From contig NC_043012.1 in NCBI RefSeq assembly GCF_006345805.1, forward strand, positions 39,990,001 to 40,054,000: a stretch of DNA of 64,000 nucleotides, read 5' to 3'. The first letter of the stretch is position 1; every line of letters begins with the position of its first letter. A program made the position numbers and the translations under genes. Shown piece by piece: positions 41,813 to 55,290 of the stretch. The notes below the pieces were generated by a model. That model was given only the letters and a program-made list of their open reading frames with translations. It was not told where the DNA came from and searched no databases. Source of the stretch: Octopus sinensis (lineage: Eukaryota).

Positions 41813-43476
41813 GTTGTTGTTGTTGTTGCTATTATTATTATTATTATTATTTGTGATTTGAAAAATGCATCAAGAGTTGTGATTTTTTTCTGTAAACAAG
41901 AATTCGTTACATCTTGGCTAACACACATAACTATGTTAGACATTAAAAGAATTTTTAAGGTTACCCAAAATATTCAGTGAAAAACATGGATGGAAGAATT
42001 CGCGCTAACAAGGACGCATAGAGCTAAAATTAACGTTTAGTTTTCGCAAATATGTTTAAGGTTAACAAATTTCTTCAAAGTTAACTAACGCTGTGCGAGA
42101 ATGCCCGAACGATATTTACAAAATCAAATGTTAGATTTTTCTGGAACGTACTAATGGCCATCCTTCGAGGTAATTTGTCAGTATCTATACAGAAATGAAA
42201 TGTCTCTCAATTCCCCTTGTATCAATTGCAAATGACGATGGAAATATTCTTTGAGTGTCATAATTCAACACCTACTTCGTTGTAATTCCTTAGATTTAAC
42301 TTTGGTTCTTGCGTAACATTACTGTGATTCGGTATTGATGTCTTATGCAATTGGCATTTTTGTTATGGAGGTTGATGTCAAGATCGTTAAATTTTATTTG
42401 ATCTCTCTCTTTTGCTGTATGTGTGTGTGCGCGCGCGTGTGCGTGTTCCATAGTATTTTCTGACAGATTTTCTAAGACTAGCAACGATCCACAAGTTCAA
42501 TGCAGCTTCTTCTTTGACCAGTAGAAATTGGAATGAACCAGTAGGAACCTAAGAAGATGTAGAGCAGTTTTGATAAGTTGTTGTACCTGTAATGTGTGTG
42601 TGTGCGTGTGTGTGTGTGTGTTGTCGTTATTGTTTTTATGGCTTATGGGAAAGAGCCTGATACAATGTTAGAGTGCCATCTCAGGAAATACTCGGCAGAG
42701 ATGATATTTGTCATTTTCGTTATCGAAATGTTGGATATTCTTTTCAAAAAACCCAGATGAATTGTCAGTGACTGCCTGAAATGCCAAGAATCATCCCAGT
42801 TGTGCGAATGATAAATGACAAAGTAGACACATTCATTAATTGCTATGTTTTAAATCAGCAAATAAGTTGTAATTCTTTAATTTTATACACTTTATAGTCA
42901 TTTTGTAGTGTTATTATTATAAAAAATATACTGCTGTCATTTTCAAGAACAACTTTGTTCGGAAGCTTTGATGTCTAGAGTTCAAAACCCAGGAGTATTT
43001 TCACAATTGTCATTTTGTTACTGGTGGGGATTCAGCTGAAAACCGAAGCACGACTAAACCAGACGAAATTGGGGAACTAGGTGGACGTAGATCTGCTGCA
43101 TTATGTGAGAGAGAGAGACAGACAGACAGACAGAGTGAGCGAGCGAGTGGGTGAGTGCGTGCTGTCTGCTAGAAATAAAGTAGGACGATTGCTGCGCTGA
43201 TGACGTCTGTTGAGGCAGAAACACGCATCCATAACGGTTCTCTTGTCTTCAGAAAATCAGAATGTCTCTTCCTCGATGGCTTATCAATTTCGGAGAAGTC
43301 ACTATGATTTTAATCTCTCTTATTGGTGTTAATCCCAATTGCCACCAAACGTTTGATGTACAATGCCAGGAAGTGGAGATCGTTTTGATAAATCAAGAAT
43401 TTTTTGCTTTATATTTAATATATTCTTAATCGCTTTGCTGTTTACACACACACACACACATAACACACACACACAT

Positions 43477-43577
<101 letters not shown>

Positions 43578-43978
43578 AAAGGCTAGTGTTATTTAAATTC
43601 TTTTACTTCCGACACATGTTTCGAAGATATCACTGGTATTATTCCAAAAGAATAAAATGGTGTTAAACAAAGTAATCTTCTCTTCAGGGAAGTGAAGAAA
43701 TGAAGCTCATCAATAAGACATTTTAACAGAAAACGATGGATATGCAGAGTGATTAACTGAACGCTATTAAGATTGTTTCAAAAAAACGTTATAGGATATA
43801 AAGTCAGAGGTAGCCTATAGAAAGAGGGGGGGATACAGGAAAGAAAAACTAAATAAATGAGAAATATATGATTATATGTATATTAAATAAAACCATATAG
43901 ACTAGGAAAAATATTTGCTACCCTAAAACTATTTAGCTATTTTTCCGTGTTAATTGTTAACAAGGGGAAAATACACAC

Positions 43979-44035
<57 letters not shown>

Positions 44036-44039
<4 letters not shown>

Positions 44040-44190
44040 ATCCACAGAAAAAAACACAGCAACGCGAGGACGTGGAACAATTAAAGTATTATTGGACGCT
44101 CAGGAAAGAAGGGAAGAAGGAGGGTTTAACGTTTCGAGCGGAGCTCTTCGTCGGAAACACAGGAGAAGGAAAGATCCCGAGAAGGGAAAA
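44036..44190 (-). mobile_element. Short Penelope-like 3'-end fragment with a minimal hammerhead-like motif, ending in (TA)n
   Basis: Minus strand GTTT-CCGACGA-A-GAGC-TCC-GCTC-GAAAC-GTT-AAAC (44158-44124); adjacent (TA)n at 43987-44035. Confidence 0.55.
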
Positions 44191-46423
44191 CATATAATCA
44201 TATACTTCTCATTTATTTAGCTTTTCTTTCCTTTATCCCCCCCTCTTTCTATATATTTGTGTATGTGTGTATGTGTGTACGTTGGTTTTTATCGAACATT
44301 TGAAAGGTGAACGCTCAATAGATGTTGTAGAGAATGTGGACTTTTAATGAAACCGAAACTAAGGGTTTTGTCTTGCAAATCGTGTTTCACATTACTGTAA
44401 TCTCTTCAGGCGAAAACTGTTACAACTCGATATTCCCGGTTTACTTATATCCTTTGATCTAACGCATGCGTTTGTTTACTTGCTTACCTTCCCGTGTCTA
44501 TTGATTGGGTGATGTTTTTTTTATGGTCTCTCCATTCGTTGTTTGTTATTGTTGTAATGTAGTGTTTGTATTTCTGGCTATTGTCGGAAGAATGACGTGC
44601 TATCAGTTTGTTTAGGGTTTGTTGGTGAGTTGGTGATGAGGTTTTCTCTCTTGTGGGCGTACGTAAGAAAGAAAGTTTATCAAGAATAAATTATTGGAAA
44701 ACGTAAGGACATCTATAAGCTATATCCCTATTGAACAGCACTTAGCATGGCTGAGTGATTTCGGGCGATTGCTTTGTGAGTAAAAAGCAACTGCTTTTTT
44801 TTTTATAGAATTTTGTTTCTCTTGTTTTGGAAAAAGTGTGTGCTTGTTCGGCAGTTTGTATTTCTTTAGAATTTGGTTGTGGGGTGGTGTTACATTTCTT
44901 GGAGGAAATAATTATCTGTGTAAGAACGCTTGGTAGATTTTGGCCATCTGGCGTTGCCAAGCTATTATCTAAATTAGTGCTGGGTATTTATTTTGCCAGT
45001 GGTCAAAGAACATAAATAAAAATGTGTGTTAGCGGGAGGAGTGAGTCTAAGATTGTTCATGAGTGATGTTAGCTATGAAATTTAAGATATATTGTCGAGA
45101 TATCTGTTTTCAATGACTCGTGTTTCTATAGCCAAATGTTTTCTGTTGTGTTGCGTTTCTAAATAAACAAACATAAATAAACATTTAAGCATAATAAATA
45201 ACCATCAGTTATTTGTGTCTGTAGTGTGCAGGTCACCTGGCTGTAGTGGGATCTTGTTTTGGGTGGATGGAATTATCATTTTTTTTTCTGGAAACATTTC
45301 TCTGTTTGCAGGTGTATTTGTCAGATGTCTATATGTTCTTTGAGTTCCTAGAAACGTGTGCACATGCAAGGGAAAGTCTACAGATATATATCTATGCATG
45401 TGGTGGGGGGGGGTATAAGCCGTACTCTGGCTTGGGATATATGAATGATAGAAGCTATGTACTGGATGAATATGTTTATACATTCTGCATTCAATGGAAC
45501 GTATACAAAATAAAAACATAAATGAACAACGCGCTGGATACATGTAGACCATTCACCACACACACACACACACACACACACACAAATCCTTTTTGTGGAA
45601 ATGCGAGCTTAGTGTAAGTCTTCAAAGAATATATTGTATTAAAATAGATTATTCACCGGATATATATCACTAATTGTCAAGAACATACAACGGATATTTT
45701 CTGAGAACACACACACACACATACTCACATTTACACATGTGTGTGTGTGTAGATTACTTTTAGTCATACCTATCGATTGATTTCTGATTGGATCCTAATA
45801 CTATTGACAAACTAAAACCTTCTGACATGATACCCATGGCTGTTGGATTGGTGTTCGATAAAGTACGAAAGCTGTATTGAAAATACGTCAGGTTTAATGT
45901 TACGGTATTACATTATTGGACTCGTCTATAGAAAGGATATTGTAACTGGATATCAAATACAGAGATGTGTATATATGTATATATATGAGTGTGTGTGTGT
46001 GTATACGTACATATATATGGATTATATATATATATATATGCATGGATTTATATATCTATATATAAATATACATGTATATAAACATATATAGATGTTTTGC
46101 ACGGATATAAATATATATGTATATCAATATGTATGTATGAAGGATTTTGATCCATTTAGCTCCATGTACAAGCAGCAATCCGCTGAAAGCCACTGGAAGA
46201 TTCAATTGTTTCGGTTGTTTTAATTGTTTGAACTGTTGTTGTTGGTGGTGGTGGCGGTGGTGTTGTTGTTGTTGTTTCGCCTCATGTCCGTCTTGGTCCA
46301 GCAGACCAATGATCGCAGACACTTTAAACATGATGTAAAACCCTCTTATTTCCGAACATAATTCCTCTTCGAAAACATTCCTAACATGGCTACTCATTAA
46401 TTTTTTTTTTTTTTTTGCAGTAG

Positions 46424-46522
46424 GATTGTGGCGTGAAGCAACTTTGGCTGCTGTTTCTAGCAGGCAATTCAATCGCTATTGTTCTTCTTGTTGCTGTAAT
46501 CCCTGTTCAGTGCAAATCATAA
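46424..46522 (+). CDS. Possible terminal exon with a hydrophobic C-terminus (TM or GPI-signal-like)
   Basis: Follows a T16 tract and gcagtag (NAGNAG); reads DCGVKQLWLLFLAGNSIAIVLLVAVIPVQCKS*. Another frame from the first AG is also open, so the call is ambiguous. Confidence 0.3.
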   Translation, partial: DCGVKQLWLLFLAGNSIAIVLLVAVIPVQCKS

Positions 46523-46699
46523 CTCTATTCGACTTCATCCGTCACTCCGGTAGACTAGTACCTTATCCCACAGTTCGTATGTCTAAATTTCTCTCACTTT
46601 ATCAACACCATTGGTGCTAAAGAGTTTCTTAAGTTTGGTAGGGTCTTCTAGGCAGCATTCTAATTAGGAGGAGGGGGTTTCAACAATGGTATGGGTTAG

Positions 46700-46930
46700 T
46701 CCACATTAATCGTAAAGAGCATAGGTCCGTTAACCAGTTTCCCTAACGTGTATATTGCCCTTCCTGGGCAGGACACCGATCCATCGCAGGACTACTTTTC
46801 TTTACCGGCTGAGTGGACATGAAATGAAATGTTTTGCTCGAAAACACAACGAATCGCCCGGTCCAGGAAGCGAAACTACAATCTTACGATCATGAGTCCA
46901 ACGCCCTAACCACTAAGCCATACGCCTTCA
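46700..46930 (-). mobile_element. SINE family C-like (tRNA-derived)
   Basis: Minus-strand head GAAGGCGTATGGCTTAGTGGTTAGGGCGTTGGACTCATGATCG...GTTTCGCTTCC, then gtgttttcgagcaaaacatttc. Confidence 0.75.
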
Positions 46931-47300
46931 TTGTATGGTGAGGTGTGGTGCCTAATGTTTGTTATGCGGTGTGCTGTGTGAAGATCTGTTGTCGTGTGGT
47001 GAGATCATTTTTAGTTCCAGATAAGCCCCGATGAGCAGATATATGTTCAAAGGCATTCCAATCGTGACTCTCCTGTTTTTTTTTCTTTTTTGTTCAGTGT
47101 GCTGGAAATCTGTGACCGCATTATCGCATGTGTCCTTCTCTAAGACGGTTGTATATGGATTTGATATGGGAGATGTGCTTGACATTTCTAGCTGGTCAAG
47201 CAACCGTGTAGAGGCTCCTGCGTTAGGATGTTGTTATGCGATATCATGTGATGTGAGACGAAACGATAATGCAAAATTCTATGAAACCTACCCCCATAAG

Positions 47301-47342
<42 letters not shown>

Positions 47343-47992
47343 CTCTCTCCTTGACCAAAGAGGAATATTCAAAACGGAGCATCCCTCCCATCACAACCAC
47401 ATGCATCAATATCATGAAGTGTATCACTGAGAGATAATATATTCAGAATGCATGTTACAGAAACGAAATTGCTCACAATATAAATTGCAGCGTCGAAGCT
47501 ACACTGGAGAAACATCGAACGCTTTGTCAAATGTATATTCAACACATACATGGACATATACGTATATACATTTGTATTATATAAGTGTGTGTGTGTATAC
47601 ATATACATATACATACCTCCAGCCAACTCACAGTGGTGTGCATTCTATGGTAAAAATATGTTGTACAGCAACAAAATGGCCTTTGTTTGCAATTCTTTGT
47701 CTGGCGTCAACATCAAAGTGACTTTGGTATACAGTTCTTGGTTTGTTTATTGTTGTTGTTTCGCTTTTTTTTTCATTATATATTTTTTTACATTATTTTG
47801 TCTTTGTTGTTGTTTTAAAGAATATTGAATAAGATTATTGAATGCGATTTATTTCAACTGATAGCTTACAGTAGTGAGTGTGTGTGTGTGTGTACATAGG
47901 TACTTATTCATATTCATGTATGTATTCGTATAAATACATACCAACGTACATATATATCTATGTGAATACATTCGTACATGCATTCATGCTTT

Positions 47993-48064
<72 letters not shown>

Positions 48065-48150
48065 AACATTCATATTTCTGTTCGTACTTACGTACATAAG
48101 AATTTACATACATACATGCACATATACATAATATATGAATATGTATATAT

Positions 48151-48184
<34 letters not shown>

Positions 48185-48416
48185 CATGCAACCATACATA
48201 CATACATGCGCATGCATCATATACGTCACATGTCACATATTATACACACACATAAACATACGTACATACCAAGATGCGTAGATACACACGCATACATTCA
48301 AATCACATAGATCCAGTCGGCCATCCGCTGCTCCATCCAACCATACATAAACACATACATACTCATACGCATGCATGCGTACACACACACACATACAAGC
48401 ATTCGTATGTACTTAC

Positions 48417-48460
<44 letters not shown>

Positions 48461-48578
48461 ACATACATACATACGGTATGCATACATATACATACATACA
48501 TTATATGCATGCATGATTGCATACATACGATCGTGCATACATACATACATATGCAATTAAGCCATCCTGGTTTATCAA

Positions 48579-48655
48579 TCAGTTTAGTTCCTGCCGTCTT
48601 CGCTGTTGCTGCTGTTGTCCAACAATGGCATCAATGCTTTCCATCAGTGATTCAA
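48579..48655 (-). CDS. Candidate last coding exon (phase 1) of an unidentified minus-strand gene
   Basis: Strong acceptor cgccattttctgcctttcacag|; reads (x)ESLMESIDAIVGQQQQQRRRQELN*; stop at 48579-48581. Confidence 0.5.
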
Positions 48656-49370
48656 CTGTGAAAGGCAGAAAATGGCGACTAAACTATTGAACAGAGTCGA
48701 GAAGGCATCGAGCAACAAATGATATATATATAGATATATATAGATATATAGATATATAGATATATATAGATATATATATATATATAGATATATATAGATA
48801 TATATATATATAGATATATATATATATATATATAGATATATAGATATATATATAGATATATACGTAACATGCAAGGACGGGAGAGGATCATAAATTAGGA
48901 TAAACGAATGGAAATATTTCATACATGACTGAGGAAGATATTTCAGGGGGTTTTATTCGAGAAGGTCCTTGAAAATATATAAATAAATATAAAAAGATAA
49001 ATTTATTGAAGGAACGAATGTGTCGATGATTGAATAAATAAATACACAATCAACGATAAGATTTGTCAATGGAATACCGTTGCCTGCCTCGGTGACAGCC
49101 AGCCAGCAAGCCTCACAGCCAGCCAGCAAGCCAGTGAGTCTGTCTGTGTGTCTGTCGAGAGGAAATTATGTATTTTTCTTCTTTTTTTTCCATTTTTGAT
49201 TAGTGTAGCGACTTTGTCAAAATGCGGTCTTTTGATTTTGGCTTTCTGAATATGTGTGTATGCGGATATATATGTTTATGTATGCATTTTAGTGTGTGTG
49301 TGTATAATATATATATATATTGACATATATACACGCACACATATATATATATATACATATATATGCATAT

Positions 49371-49483
<113 letters not shown>

Positions 49484-49655
49484 CAGGATATAATAGCTAA
49501 TTATAATTTTGTTTATAATTATAGAATATTTGTACAATTTTACCTATAAAGGTTATTGTAAAGTATCGATCTACTTGGTAAAATTATTAATTGATTGATT
49601 GATTAATTAATTTGATCAATTAATTTTACCCTCATATTATTAATTTTATATATAT

Positions 49656-49762
49656 AATCAAAATAACCAACAGGATATCAAATAGTGATGCCGTACGACC
49701 ATTTCAAGGGTTGAAACGATCGTACTGTATCACTACTTGATATCCTGTGGCTTATTTTGATT
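49656..49762. repeat. 107-bp imperfect palindrome (52-bp arms, ~7 mismatches, 3-nt GGG loop)
   Basis: aatcaaaataa..caggatatcaa..tagtgat..gtacga..tttcaa-GGG-ttgaaa..tcgtac..atcacta..ttgatatcctg..ttattttgatt. Confidence 0.85.
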
Positions 49763-50900
49763 TTATTCACCTTACTTCGAGCTGAGCGGATAATACCGTT
49801 CTGACTTGGTGCTTCAACTTAAGTATCTAATTCAACTGAATCTTAATTATTTCTTTATATATGTGTGTGTGTTCGTTATGTAACTTGTTATACATGTGTG
49901 TGTAAAAGGACAATATAATGAACCCTGCTAGGATTCGAAGCCCTGACTAACATATTATCTCTATGCTGTATTCAGTCGCCTCGACGTTGGTGAAGCTAAT
50001 GGTGGTTCCAAATGTTTGCAGGTAAAAGAGTTGGGTATAATCGATAATATTTGGTCTCAAATGTGTAATCGAACACAAAATTATATCAATGACTAAGTCC
50101 AACCCACAGAGATTCCACTTCAGAACTTTAAATGAATGACTCAAAGAAATTCTGCAAACTATTTTCTTTGCCTTCTTTACCGATTCTACCGTCAAATCTT
50201 CTCAGCAATTGTAAACAACAAGAAGCCATTAACCATTTCCTAAAATGGCATTGATGTTGATGATGGTGATGATGATGGTAATTGTAAAGATGATGTGGAT
50301 GATGCTGTTGGAGATGATAGTGAGGATGGTAATGATGATGATAATACTGTGGTGGTGGTGGTGGTGGTGGTGGTGGTGGTGGTGGTGATGGTGGTAGTGA
50401 GGAGGAGGAGTAGCAGCAGAAAAGATGAGGGGAGAGTGAAATTAGATGGAGCAAGATACAATACTGTTAGACACGTAACACCATGAGTGGTGTATGAATG
50501 AGTATACACACATACTACACACACACGCATATGTGTGTGTGTACGTATACGTATATATATATATATATATATATACACGTATATATATATATATACGTAT
50601 ATATATATATATACATACATATATATATATATTTATATATATATATACACATACATATATATATATATACACGTATATATATATATATACGTATTATATA
50701 TATATATATATACATACATATATATATATATTTATATATATATATACACATACATATATATACGTATATATACATACATATATATATATACATACATATA
50801 TATATATATACGTATTTATATATATACATACATATATATATATACATATATATATATATACATATATACATATATATATATATACATACATATACATATA

Positions 50901-50936
<36 letters not shown>

Positions 50937-51864
50937 TGTATGTATGTATGTATGTATATAAAATATCATCGAAGTATTGGAATAGAATATATGGAGAGAT
51001 CCAACTTACTAGTTGTTTCTGTCTTTGACTTTGCTTCCAAATATCAGGATGTTTAAAGAGTTGCACCAAAAGAGGGAGAGAGAGAGAGAGAGACAGACAT
51101 ACTAAATTCAGTGAAGCCTCAACACTTTGCTACACTATTTAATTATTTGCTGCAATTGAATGCCACATCAAACATATCTTTAGAATACGGAGCTATAGAA
51201 ATCCTGCTGGCGCTCTTTCACTAATACATAAGCTAATATTCAGAAGAGACGTTGTCAAAGTCTTTATAGGACTTCAGTCCATTGTAGGTAACATTCCCAC
51301 AAGAATTACAATCCATTTTAGTCAACTTGTTCATTTGAGACATGTAAAATTAAATATATTACTTAATGCTCATTGAAATATTTCATATACCTATTGCTGC
51401 TAACACGGAATTATTGGCAAATAACAAATTCATTCACAAAATTTCCTTCTATATACACGCAGATAAAGAGATTTAGAATGGTGAGTAACACTCGGATTCA
51501 CGTAACACGTCTTGCTGGTGAAGGAAGCGTGCTAGCAACGGCACCAAAGATCTCACATTACACTTATATACATGCCGATAAACGTATGTATGTATACGTT
51601 TATATTTACCAATATTTACACATTCCTTCTACATTGCACTAATATATATGGCAATATTTGTATACCCATTTTTATATACCAGTGTGTGTGTGTATATATG
51701 TATATATATACATATATATAATATATATATATATATTCCACAATATTATATATGCCAAATGTTATATGCTCATTTTATGTTGCACTCGTATACATTCTAA
51801 TATTTATACACCAGTGTTTATGTATTCGTTTCACAATACGCTAGTCTACAGATCAATGTTTATA

Positions 51865-52382
51865 CAGTAATCCTTCGACTATCGCGGGTGTTATATTCCA
51901 AAACCCCACCGCGATAGGTGAAAATCCGCGAAATAGAAACCGTACTGTACTGCATATTTTTTGTTATCATTTTTATAATTTGTATATATTTACTTTATTA
52001 TTTTTATATATTTAAGCTTTTATAAACTTTCCTCTCACCCTCGGGAGTACCCGTGTCTTCTCTTTTCTTGCCTCCCGAGTTTCGATTTCCATTCAGTATG
52101 TGAGATTCTTTGTTTATTCATCTACGGTACATTACGTATTTTCTTTTAATATATTTGAATTCAGTACTGTACTGAATTTTCATTTATTAATTTTTAGGCG
52201 TGAAAAATGTTTATTTTACCACAGAAATAATTAAAATCTAAAAAAAATATAAATACCTATCGGCTGCAGAAACCCTCGATACACTAAGGAGTCGCTGATA
52301 TAAATTTACATATATTAGACAGAAAAATCTGCGATGTGGTGAGGGCGTGATAGGTGAACCGCAACATGGTGAGTGATTACTG
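51865..52382. mobile_element. Non-autonomous Tc1/mariner (pogo/Tigger-like) element with TA target duplication
   Basis: ta|CAGTAATC... and ...GATTACTG|ta; decayed longer TIRs; subterminal gataggtgaa repeats near both ends. Confidence 0.65.
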
Positions 52383-52627
52383 TATACTCATTATATACTC
52401 ATTAAATGGTTACTTCTTTGCGAGTTTTGTTTCCATATTGAAACAGTATTCTCTGAGTAGCTCAGTCCTTACTGTATTAGTTGAGGTACTCTTGGTATCC
52501 AATTTTAAATGCTCAATCAAACCTCGTCATGAAGATGGCAGGTTCAATCCACACTCGACGATTCAGTGTAATTGTTTTCATTGGAAATGTTTATACGTAT
52601 AACTGTGAGAGATGAACAAATATATAT

Positions 52628-52673
<46 letters not shown>

Positions 52674-52839
52674 TCACTAATTTCATTGATTTCAAATGTG
52701 TGTGTGTTTATGGTCAGGTTTATGTGTGTGCGTGCGTGCGTGCAAATATGTCCAAATTTTCTTCAGCATTCTTAAAAATCTTGAAAGTCTTTGATAAGCC
52801 TCAATGCACCGATCTAGATTCTTCGTTGAACATTGCCCT

Positions 52840-53050
52840 GAACCACGAACGACCTCGTTAACCACGATCACCTTGTTAAACCATGAACAGCCTTAATAAC
52901 TGTGATCGTCTCGTTAAAACATGAACAACTTTAACTATGATCGCCTTATTAAACCATGAACATAACTGTTCACTGTGAGCACTTTGTTAAATTATGAACA
53001 TCATCTTTACATCGTAATTATGATCACCTCATTAAACCCTGAACATCGTT
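52840..53050. repeat. Degenerate minisatellite, ~35-45-bp unit (aaaccatgaaca...aactatgatcaccttgtt), about 5 copies
   Basis: Recurrent ttaaaccatgaac / tgatcacc motifs at regular spacing. Confidence 0.75.
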
Positions 53051-53536
53051 AACACTTGACAATCCTTCCAACGGTTCTTCTTCAATATGTTTCTCATACT
53101 TGTTTCAAGGATGAAAACTCTCAGTGCATTTCTCAAACCATAAATTTATTTCACCAGTAGTAGTAGTAATAGTAGCAGCAGCAGCAGTAGTAGTACATGG
53201 AAAGAAGCGCACTTATTTGGTGGAGTGGGTGGGGTGTAAAAACGAAGAGAAGACTTGATTAAATTAAGACATTCTATTGGGGGAATTATTTTATCAACCA
53301 CAGAATATTATTGAAGATGTACAACAACAGCAACAACAACGACTAAATCAAGAAAAGTACAAGGACATGTTATATATACAATATATATTTTATACATTAT
53401 AACATACATACATACATATGATATATGCATGGAGACTTCCACTAATCGCATCGAATTTAAATTGGTATATATATGTATTTATGTGCGTATGCATATTATA
53501 CATGAATATATGTATGTCATAAAGTTTGTGTACTCA

Positions 53537-53592
<56 letters not shown>

Positions 53593-53849
53593 CCTTGCAT
53601 GTATATATAAGGAAATGTATGTAAAATTGTGTGTCCCCTACATGTGTGTATACGCACGTGCGCGCTCACACGCACACCCACTCATATGTGTGGGGGGGAA
53701 GGGTAGGTTTCTTGCAAGCACCTACCATGGGGATTGAAGCAATTTACATATATTTTGAGCATCTCCATATATGGAAATTATATGTAAATTGATTTCTGAA
53801 AGGGAAAAACAAAATATTTCTCTGAAAGAAAGAAAACGTTGTTTCTTTT

Positions 53850-53881
<32 letters not shown>

Positions 53882-53934
53882 CCCTGCGACTATAATGTTT
53901 GATGAAGGGGATAGTGATGATAGCCTTAACCATT

Positions 53935-54345
53935 ATTTAAGGCGATGGATTGACAAAATCGTTAGTGTCAGAAAGATAGATGCCTTGTGGTATTTATTCT
54001 GGCACTCTACATTCTGAGTTAATCCCGCTGAGATCAACTTTGCCTCTCATCCCTTCAGGTTTGATAAAATAAAGCAGCAGTCAAGTTCTGGGATCAGTGG
54101 CATCGATTAATCTCTTCCCGTCAAAATTGATGCTCTTGGGCCGCCAGAATCGTGAGCACGCCGGACGAAATGCTTAACGGTATTTCGTCCGCCGCTACGT
54201 TCTGAGCTCAAATTCCGCCGAGGTCGTCTTTGCCTTTCGTCCTTTCGAAGTCGATAAATTAAGTACCAGTTACGCACTGGGGTCGATATAATCGACTGGT
54301 CCCTTCCCAAAAGTTTCAGGTCTTGTGCCTATAATACAAAGGATT
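53935..54345 (+). mobile_element. Two tandem SINE family A copies (older then younger)
   Basis: Degenerate copy at 53935-54120; well-conserved copy at 54141-54345 with an (ATT)n tail. Confidence 0.85.
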
Positions 54346-54361
54346 ATTATTATTATTATTA

Positions 54362-54393
<32 letters not shown>

Positions 54394-54944
54394 GAGTGAG
54401 AAAGCAGTGCATACCATCAAAGTGACACTGGGGTAAAATATACGAAGCTCAGTATACCCATCATGACTATCCGTCTGATAAGGGAACACCAGGCACATGC
54501 ATCACAACCATATGTCGCGACATGGGGATTTCATATCAGGATAAAACAACACATGACCTTGCAGGTGGAGGCCCAGTTAGAATTTTCTTCAGTTTGAGTA
54601 GCCCAACTCGCTCAAAAGGTCCCTAAATAAGGGTTTGTTTGAGGATGTTGAACGAAACACCCATGTTTTCAGGGGTGAATTATTCAAACACTCCAAAATT
54701 CCTCTCAACACATGGCTATGATGCTCCCCAACTACTTCTGCTCATGATCAGAGATGCACATATCGTCAGCCACTAAGGGACATGCTCAACTGGTTATGGT
54801 CAAACAACTGACAAGCAAATCTGTGGTGTTGAGTAGAATATTAACTGTAGCCCGTCATTCATACCAAGACAAAACAATGTACATGATAATACTTCTAATC
54901 AGTTAAGAAGCCATTAGAGCCACTGTCTGATACTGCATAAGGAC

Positions 54945-54947
<3 letters not shown>
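54394..54947. mobile_element. ~550-bp non-coding unclassified insert bounded by (ATT)n on both sides
   Basis: Complex, relatively GC-balanced sequence with sharp (ATT)n boundaries and no sizeable ORF; mobile status is inferred from context. Confidence 0.5.
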
Positions 54948-54983
<36 letters not shown>

Positions 54984-55017
54984 TACTATTATTATTACTA
55001 TTATTATTATTATTATT

Positions 55018-55233
55018 AAGGCAGCGAGCTGACACAATCGTTAACAGGCCGGGCGAAGTGATTAGTGGTATTTCGTTTGCCGCTCCGTTCTGAGTTCAAA
55101 TTCCGCCGAGGTCGATTTTGCTTTTCATTCTTTTGGCGTCTATAAATTAAGTACCAGTTGAGTATTGGAGTCGATGCAATCGATTAGTCCCCTCCCCAAA
55201 AAAATTTCAGGCATTGTGCCTTCAGTAGAAAGA
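55018..55233 (+). mobile_element. SINE family A between (ATT)n tracts
   Basis: aaggcagcgagctgacacaatcgtta...agaaagaattatt. Confidence 0.9.
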
Positions 55234-55290
55234 ATTATTATTATTATTATTATTATCATTATTATTATTATTATTATCATCATCATTATT

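Noticed and set aside
43190-43230. CTGATGA...GAAAC hammerhead-like motif
   Set aside because: 10.1/11.1 mismatch, unpaired stem III and no stem I; at best a dead relic.
44375-44415. Minus-strand CTGAAGA-GATTACAGTAATGT-GAAAC motif
   Set aside because: Stem II closure is broken and there is no convincing stem I or cleavage triplet.
50128-50250. Minus-strand segment KWLMASCCLQLLRRFDGRI, which could splice in frame to the 48655 exon
   Set aside because: Weak acceptor adjoining a (CAT/CAC)n tract; no independent support.
51480-51560. tRNA-like sequence on the minus strand
   Set aside because: No intact cloverleaf or box B; a decayed SINE head rather than a tRNA gene. No true tRNA, rRNA or CRISPR array was seen in the window.
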